A DNA stretch of 58,579 bases, counting the filler, from Dugesia japonica (Eukaryota): the NCBI GenBank assembly GCA_001938525.1. It is 5 parts of 5 records of this genome, joined end to end, with 100 filler letters (N's around TTAATTAATTAA, not from the genome) between each part and the next. Parts side by side here need not be neighbours in the genome. Positions count along the whole stretch, not along the records: positions 48,156 to 58,579 come from MQRL01627354.1; 4 more parts are not named here. The stretch is one strand, 5' to 3'. Of the stretch, positions 50,592 to 58,579 are shown in pieces; positions within the stretch are counted from its first letter, which is position 1, and each line of letters starts with the position of its first letter. Under the pieces are notes generated by a model, which saw only the letters and a program-made list of their open reading frames with translations, did not search any database and was not told the DNA's origin. A program made the position numbers and the translations under genes.

Positions 50592-53055
50592 ATGAGTGAC
50601 ATAAGATGTACTTATTGTAATAAAGTATTTAAAAATAGAGCAGGATTAATGGGGCATATTAATTCAAGAATTTGTTATAGAACAAATGAAACATTTCAAT
50701 GTGAATATTATGAATTTTCAGGCAAAAACATTTATGATGACTTCTTTGAATTTTTAGAAGAAACTAATAATAAATTAAAAGATATAAAAGAAAATAAATT
50801 AATAAAAACATATACTGGTAATGAAAATTTGTCCAACGGCCAGCTTCGCGATTTCACATCTGACACAAAATGTAGGTATTGTGAAAATGTTATATGTGGC
50901 ACTCCTGTTAAAGATCATAACCATTTTAATGGAGAATTTCGAGGATATTCATGTAATGATTGTAATTTAAATGATCTTTCTGTAAAGAATTTATTTATAC
51001 CATTTTATTTTCATAACGCATCTGGATATGATAACCATTTATTTTTTAGGGAACTATTAACAAAATTTCCAGGAAATGTAAAAAATATAATTCCACATTC
51101 ATCAGATGTATTTTATGTATTTTATATTTCATTTGAATTTGGAAATATTAGATTTCTTGATTCAGCAAGATTACTTCCATTTACATCAATTGAAGTTATG
51201 GGAAAATTACTTACACAATCTAATAATTATTCAATATTAAATTCTTTTAATTTAAAACCAAAGAAAGCTTTATTTCCTTACGAATGTGTTAAAGGAAATA
51301 ATGTAACAGAAGTCATGCAATTATTAAAATCAGATCAAATTCCAACAAAAGATGATTTCTTTANNNNNNNNNATCAAAAAGAAATATCTGATGAAGATTA
51401 TGCGGCATTTCTAATTGACTTTACTTCAGGTGAATTTGATAGTATGTGAAATTACATGTTACATTATATGAAGTTAGATGTATTAACCCTTACAGATTTT
51501 TTAGAAAACTTTAGAGATTCATGTTTAAATAATATTCTTAAAATAGATCCATCTTATTCATATACAGCACCAGGATATTCATGGGAAACTGGAATGTTAA
51601 ATACAAATGTAAAATTGAAATATGCTAAACCTGAAACTTACGATATTTTCTTAATGACTGAAGAAGGAATTAGAGGTGGATATTCTGGTGTATTAGGTGA
51701 AAGACAAGTGTTTAGTTATAATAAATCAAAACCTTACAGAGTAATAAATAAAGCACAAAGAGAAGATCTCCTTAATTTATTAAAAGAAAAGAAAAATATT
51801 CCAGATCATTATTTCACAGAAACATTTATAAAATATATTGATGAAAATTTTTTATATGCAATTTGCATGACTAGACCATTACCAACAGGTGAAATGAGCG
51901 AGTGTAACGAGCTGACGTACGAAATGTCAACTGATAACATTAATTACATTTATGAAGTTGATCTTGAATATCCACCAGAAATACATGATAAAACAAAATA
52001 TTTCCCATTATGTCCAGAAAGAATAAATATTAGACCTGAAATGTTAAGTAATTACCAAAAAGGTTTTAATAAGAAAATTGGAAAGGAAAATATTAAACTT
52101 ACACTAAATCAATTTGACAAGAAAAATTATGTAGTTCTAGGATCAACACTAGATTTATATTTAAAACTTGGAATGAAACTAATACAAATTCACAAGAAAA
52201 TATTAATGGAAACATCTACATGGTTTAAAGAACATGTTCATAAATTAGTAGCATTAAGAAAAGAAGCTAAAAGAAATAAAGATGTCTTCGGAGATTACAT
52301 TTATAAATTAATGTTAAATGCTTTCTATGGAAAAACCTTAGAAAATATTAGAAATAGGTGCAATATAGAAATTGTAGATAGTGACAGAGATTATCAAAAG
52401 TTCGCATCTAAAATAAATTTTAAATCAAGTAAAATCTTCACAGTAAATGTTGTGGCAATGAATATGATAAAAGGTAATTTAAAATATAACAAATTTCCAT
52501 ATATAGGTTTTACTATTTTAGAACACGCAAAAGAAGTAATGTATAATTTTATATATGAACAAATGGATCCATTAATTGGAAATGATAATTATAAAATTCA
52601 TTACAGTGATACGGACTGCGTCTTTGTTAAGATAAAAGGTAGAGATAATTTAAACAAATTAGAAAGCATACTAGGAAATGATTTATTTCAGATGAAAGAT
52701 GAAATGCCTGATTCTGAAATAACTCAAGGTAATTTTATAAAAGCAAAATCTTATGCTTACCAATATGATAGCGCAGGTTTCGATTGTAGAAATAAAGGTG
52801 TTAAGAAAAATAATAAATTACTGATGAAAGATTTTGATGAAGTTTTAAAAGATCTTAGTAAAATAATTTATGGAACAAATTATTTATTAAGATCTAACTT
52901 ACACGAAATTGAAATAACAAAACAAAAAAGATTACATTAATGGCCTTTGATGATAAAAGAATAGAAAATAATGGTTCAACAACTTGGCCTCATGGAAATA
53001 AATGTTATTGTGAAGAATGTATAATGTGGCATTTTAGATTAGACATGATAAATAA
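50592..53055 (+). pseudogene. Polinton/adintovirus protein-primed DNA polymerase B (lineage 2) with an N-terminal C2H2 finger and an endonuclease VII/HNH-like insert; near intact
   Basis: CTYCNKVF..H; CRYC..KDHNHFNGEFRGYSCNDCNL; FHNASGYD; YMKLDVL; GIRGG; YIDENFLY; YKLMLNAFYGK; YSDTDC; KGV; AFDDKR. One in-frame TGA (51447) and one frameshift near 52925. Confidence 0.93.
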
Positions 53056-53157
53056 NNNNNNNNNNNNNNNNNNNNNNNNNNNNNNNNNNNNNNNNNNNNN
53101 NNNNNNNNNNNNNNNNNNNNNNNNNNNNNNNNNNNNNNNGAAGAATTAGAAAAAATA

Positions 53158-53605
53158 GTGAATTCAAAGAAATGTAAATCTGTAAAGATAAATGGTAAAA
53201 ATTATTATATTAGTAAAAAAGTAAAAGATGAACTTGAAAAGAAAAGTAGCGAAGCCCATAAAGGAAGTAAAGATGGAGGTTTTGCATTTCTAGCTGCAAT
53301 ACCAGCAACTATCGGTGCTTTAGCTGGAACTGCTAGTATTGCATCTGAAATTGTATCAACAGTAGCTAGTTTAAAAGAAGCAATTAAACATCAAAAAGAG
53401 ACTGAACAACTTGAACAACTAAAAGGACTGGTTTATATCTAAATCCATGGCAAAGCTCTGCAATACATAAATATTTAAAAAACATTATTGAAGATCCTAA
53501 CTTAAAAGATATTACTAAAAAATTTAAAGATGGAATACAAATAAAAATGGAAATGGTCTTTATTTAAATCCTTATAACCCAAACCAAAATGATAAATCAT
53601 TACTA
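53158..53605 (+). pseudogene. Adintovirus pX-like core/membrane-active protein
   Basis: Basic N-terminus; KDGGFAFLAAIPATIGALAGTASIAS hydrophobic segment after a GG-F site; frameshifted GLYLNPW (53430) and GLYLNPY (53555) motifs. Confidence 0.65.
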
Positions 53606-53624
53606 TAAAAAATAGCGAAGCCTC

Positions 53625-54322
53625 ATGAACACAAAAGAAGTTGAAGAAAGAATTAAAGAATTAAAAGCATTAGTAAAATCTCAAGCAAAATATAATGATT
53701 TTTTCTGTGGTAATGTTATTGACTCAAGAAACTTACAAAGTGAATTATCTATTATGCAACAACCATTAATTTCAGCAATCAAAAACAGAAACGAGAGATA
53801 TAACAAAATTCTTTTTAAATGAAAAAGTAATTCCATTTATTCCCGAATACNNNNNNNNNNNNNNNNNNNNNNNNNNNNNNNNNNNNNNNNNNNNNNNNNN
53901 NNNNNNNNNNNNNNNNNNNNNNNNNNNNNNNNNNNNNNNNNNNNNNNNNNNNNNNNNNNNNNNNNNNNNNNNNNNNNNNNNNNNNNNNNNNNNNNNNNNN
54001 NNNNNNNNNNNNNNNNNNNNAATCAGAAGTTATACCATACACTGATGGAATATTTAGAATCATTTTAGGAAATCTAGATGGAACAGAAACACCCAAAGAT
54101 ATTGAAGTTTATTTAAATAAATTTATTTCGCCAATTCCAACCAATAGTGATTATTGTAATAAATTAAAGAAAAAATTTAGAAGGGTAGATATTGAAAAAA
54201 GAAAAAAAGAAAAAGTTATATTAAAGAAACCTGAATCAGAATCAGAGAAGTCAGAATCAGAAAAATCTAAATCAGAATATTTAACAGAAACAGAAAGAGA
54301 TGCTCTTTTGACTTCACCGACT
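53625..54322 (+). pseudogene. Unknown Polinton-associated ORF, gapped and frameshifted, Glu/Ser/Lys-rich end
   Basis: Follows the pX-like ORF on the same strand with similar composition; no recognisable motif. Confidence 0.35.
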
Positions 54323-54478
54323 TCCAATTTGCAATAAAGATCAAGATTGAAATAACTTTGAAATGATTGTAACTAATGTAACGACTATGATTATTTGTGT
54401 GTTATAAACAATACATTTTGTGTTTTGATGTCTTTTGATTTTTTCATTATTATTATTGTTGTTATTAATATTGCTCGA
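54323..54478 (+). repeat. 156-bp direct repeat, copy 2
   Basis: Near identical to 49910-50065. Confidence 0.9.
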
Positions 54479-55060
54479 GACTGACTTATGTTAAATTTGT
54501 CCAGAGATGATCGTTTTACTAAATAAAATTTGAAAATTTTGGTTAATTTAGACAAGAAATCATAAAAATCAACTAATTTATACAAAAGCAATTTTTTTCA
54601 CTAATTTTAAACAAAAATAATAAATTGCGCGTTATTTAAAAAAAAACAATGACGTCAGCCGCCCACGCTCAGAATTTGAATTCTTAAAAAAATTGAGAAA
54701 AAAAATTGAGAAAAATAAATCTACCAAAAACATCGACCGAAAAAAAATTTTCCCTTGGCTGGAATGTTCCCGCCACTATCCATCTGCTTATGTTTTTTAA
54801 AATCAAATATATTTTAAAAAGAATAAAATATAAAATTAAATGAAGAAAATATGATTATTTTAATATTTTCTTTTAAAATCAAATATAATTTTAATATAAT
54901 AAAATATAAAATTAAATAATTAGTATTTTCCATTTTTAACTTTGAATTTTTAAATTTGTTTGTTTAAATAATTAATGATGTTATAGTTTTTATTTTAATA
55001 AATTTATGGAGTTGAATTCTGANGTTAATGATTCGATGAGTTTTCCAAACTCACCTATCA

Positions 55061-56895
55061 TAGTGGCAGCGGTAAACACAGAAAGATTGTTGCCAAAAAT
55101 ATTTGGCAGAGGCGATGATCTAGAAAAGTTAATTAAACGGCGTGAAATATACTTTGAGGCAAAGAACATCATTGTTAAAGAAGATCAGGAACATTTTTAA
55201 CATGTCTGTTTCATGAAGATTTAATGGAAGCAAATATGAAGACAATAAAGAAAGCGGATGAATATCGAGAGAGATTGCGATTAGCTTTTGAGAGCGAGAG
55301 AGACACCATAAAAGATTTACAGAATCTTGTAAGCTATCAACGTGGTGATGAAGAACGTGAGGTGTTTTTTAAAAAAGCGGAAGATTTGGTCTATAAATGT
55401 TTAGCAAATGGAGAGTTGACGAAAGAAAAACTCTGTGAAAATAGTAAAAAGGCAGAAAAAGAGATTATCATGCGAAAATTGAAGAAAGTAGAAGATATAA
55501 AAGGAACCTTATCATTAATTGAAAAAATAGAAAGAATAGAACCTATTAATGTAGTAAAAAATAGAAAGAAGAGAACCCATTAATGCAGTAAAGAGTTACG
55601 CTAGTGTAACACATGGAGAACGTTTCGGAGAAAAGAGACAAAATATTGAGAGAGTTACAAAAAGAACAGAACCACAGTGTTGGACATGCCGGAGTATGGG
55701 CACATTTCAGTGATGATCAAGAATGAAAAATTTGATTCTTTGTTGGATACAGGAGCAAGACTAAATGTGATGAGCATGAAACGATTTAATAGACTCAGAG
55801 AAACAATGTTAGACAAAAGCGAGGAACGATTGCATTGCGCAAATAACAGCTCATTGGAGACAATAGGAAAGATACTTGTAGAAGTTGTAGCTTCAGAAGT
55901 GTACTAGGAAGTAACATTTATAATAGTTGAGAAATTAATACCAGATCTAATTGGTGGGATGGAATTTCAGAATACGTTTTCGTATCATCTTTAAAAAACG
56001 CAAAAAGTGGACATTAATAATCATCAAGGCAAAATTTTGAAGGTAAATACAGGCGAGTTAACGATTGAGAGATGCAATGGTGATTCTAGAAATTAACAAA
56101 GATCATAGATTGACTACATTTATTTAGAAAAATGAGAATGTATTTATGGAAAACAAATAAGACATTGTATGCAAACAATTAAGAAAGCATCGAAACATCA
56201 CTAAAGGAGGTCCAATAAATATAAAACCGTATCGTCTACCAATAAATTTAGAAGAGAAAATTAAAGAGGCCATCAAAAACCTGTATGATAATGGTATTAT
56301 CCAAAAGTGTGATTCCCAATGGAATGCGCCATTAATCTGAGTTTGTAAAGAGGAAAAAAGAATATACGATTATGCTTAGACTTTAGACAGTTCAATGCAA
56401 TAACAGAAAGACAAGCTTTTCCTATGCCAAATGTGGACGAAATACTGGATGTTTTGGAAGGTACACAGTATTGAAGCTCAATAGACCTGAGAAATGCATA
56501 TTATCAAGTGAAATTCAGTGAAGATTCTCAAGAAACTACGGCTTTTTTGACAAAACAAGAGCAATTTTACTTTAATAGAATACCTTTTTGGAATTGCGGC
56601 AGCACCACGTACGTGCCAGTAAATGATGAACAAAGTGATCTGGAAAAATGGTTTATCTAGACAATATTCAAATATTTCCCTAAAAAAGGAGCCACACTAT
56701 GGAATAGTCAATAAATTATTGACAGAAATTAAGAAGACTGGTCTAAGAGTTAATCCGGAGGAATGTCAATTCATGCAAAAAGTGATCAAATTTTTGGGAC
56801 CATTTATTAGTATAGAAGGTTTCAAAACAGATCCAACTAAAATAGAAGCCATTAAGNACTTTGATCAAACAAAATGCGTTAAGAGAATGAGTAGC
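55061..56895 (+). mobile_element. Degenerate Ty3/Gypsy element from PBS through gag, protease and RT
   Basis: ..CA-TAGTGGCAGCGGT tRNA-Leu-like PBS at 55061; LLDTGA protease; RLCLDFR; IKFLG. Many stops. Confidence 0.9.
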
Positions 56896-57420
56896 TTGCA
56901 TCCGTATCCAGTATGAATTCTCTCCTGTCATCTGGAAATATTAAAATTGGTGGCTTTGTTAACCTATTTTTCATATATCTGTATGATTGATTACAGCTCT
57001 CTCTCCATATTAACTTATTTTTATTTACATTGTACAGATTTTCTAGTTCTCTAGCCTTTATTGCGTGATTCTTTATGAATATTCTGTAATAGCAACCTAT
57101 CTTCAAGAAACTCCTTAACCTTTTCACAAATTTTGGCTTTTCGTAAACCTGTATTGCAGCCAATTTTGGTGGATCAGTTTGTACTTATTTATCACTTATA
57201 TGCCCCAAAAATTTGATCACCTTTCTTAGCAATTGACATTTTGACAGGCTCAAACTTAGTCTTGTTAGATGTATTTTACTAAATACTTCATCCAGTGTTT
57301 TGTAATGCTCTTCCAAATGTTCTGAATATATATTGAAATATCGTTTAAATACACAGTTGTTCCATTTGTTGTATTAAAAACCTTTGTTATGAGTTCCTGG
57401 AATATCTCAGGTGCTACAGT
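56896..57420 (-). mobile_element. Ty3/Gypsy RT-RNase H fragment in the opposite orientation
   Basis: APEIFQ..VYLNDI, KFLGHI, LRSFL..YYRIFI and PPILIFPD..FILDTDAS. Confidence 0.85.
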
Positions 57421-58579
57421 ATGATATGTTGAGGTACAGTTGTACACAGTAGTAACACACAAAACACAGCATGCACAACACGCAAACATAACATCACATT
57501 ATTCCTCAATCAGTTCGTCAAATACAATTAGATCATTCAAATTCTCAATCAGTTCAGCAAGTACAATTCAATCATCCAGCCTCAATGATGTCAATCCAAA
57601 TATTAGTTATGAACATTTATATTGCAATTTGTTTTTATGGCATTATTGACTTCGATTATTTTATTTTCATGAATTATACAGTGTTGATTTTTTTATAGTG
57701 TTTCAATTATTTGTTTTGTACAGTTTTTAATTTTATGCTGAAATTTACTGATTCCGTTTTAATTGGTAAAATTTTTAATAGTCTGAATTTATTATTTAAC
57801 ATTATTTTATTATTGAACATTATTTTTATGCAGAAATTTATTGAGTTTGTTTTAATATGTAAAAATTTNNNNNNNNNNNNNNNNNNNNNNNNNNNNNNNN
57901 NNNNNNNNNNNNNNNNNNNNNNNNNNNNNNNNNNNNNNNNNNNNNNNNNNNNNNNNNNNNNNNNNNNNNNNNNNNNNNNNNNNNNNNNNNNNNNNNNNNN
58001 NNNNNNNNNNNNNNNNNNNNNNNNNNNNGAAGCAGTATTCTGTCAAATTAAATTAAGCTGATAAGTTGTGAATATATAAGCATATTTCTGTATACATAAA
58101 AAATAAAAGGGTACTTTTAAAAGTGTTTATTTGTTTATTTATATAAGTTGATTTACACCATATAACTCTATTTACATCATCAAATATTGATTATATAATA
58201 TAGTATTGACATATACACAGGGATAAAATCAACACCCATAAAATCACGAATCAATTATCTTTTTTTATAATTAGCATCAAGTACAAACCATAAAATCTTT
58301 TGTTGAGTTGAAATACCCAACAGATAAATGGTATTCTATTGAAGCAGTATTTATCTGTCATTTATAGATCCTTCTTTTGTTACTATTTTATGTTTGACCA
58401 GTTTTGTGCATCCTATGTCTCACTTATCTGCCATAAAGATATTTGAATGTTTCCTTATGAACTCTTTGATCGTGCCATTTCACAATGTATTTATCTCACT
58501 CAAAGCTTTTTGACATCTTTCTTCATCGGTATTAATCCTTCAAAATGCGGCTCAATATTGCAAATCCGATCTTAATTAT

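Noticed and set aside
51447-51449. In-frame TGA in pPolB as an alternative genetic code or readthrough
   Set aside because: Single instance; Trp is TGG elsewhere and the gene also has a frameshift, so a nonsense mutation is simpler.

Overview
Very AT-rich, repeat-dominated eukaryotic (invertebrate) DNA with 42-50 nt GT-AG introns. This is compatible with a planarian-type draft genome, but the organism is my inference. The window is not contiguous: four identical 100-bp spacers (N44-TTAATTAATTAA-N44) join five unrelated scaffolds (1-14196, 14297-23294, 23395-33386, 33487-48055, 48156-58579). Host genes are partial: the last three exons of a cytosolic alpha-mannosidase (MAN2C1), the first two exons of a Dopey/DOP1 gene, and the last exon of TBC1D22. 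The rest is mostly decayed mobile DNA: Ty3/Gypsy copies, mariner, MULE, a Penelope-like element, an RLE-type non-LTR element, and many Polinton/Maverick pieces (two pPolB lineages, major capsid, adenain protease, a pX-like ORF and AGTAG termini). Three things stand out. (1) An orphan ~4.6-kb cassette at ~16250-20870 has a CCAAT/TATA promoter, an ATG-free spliced leader and a row of short ORFs, each with its own splice acceptor and usually a poly(A) signal; two ORFs are paralogues and two may get their AUG only by splicing. (2) A ~6-kb element with kb-long inverted arms and an AGTAG terminus carries one intron-containing orphan gene (23721-29685). (3) A dispersed set of minimal hammerhead ribozymes, one with an intact core.
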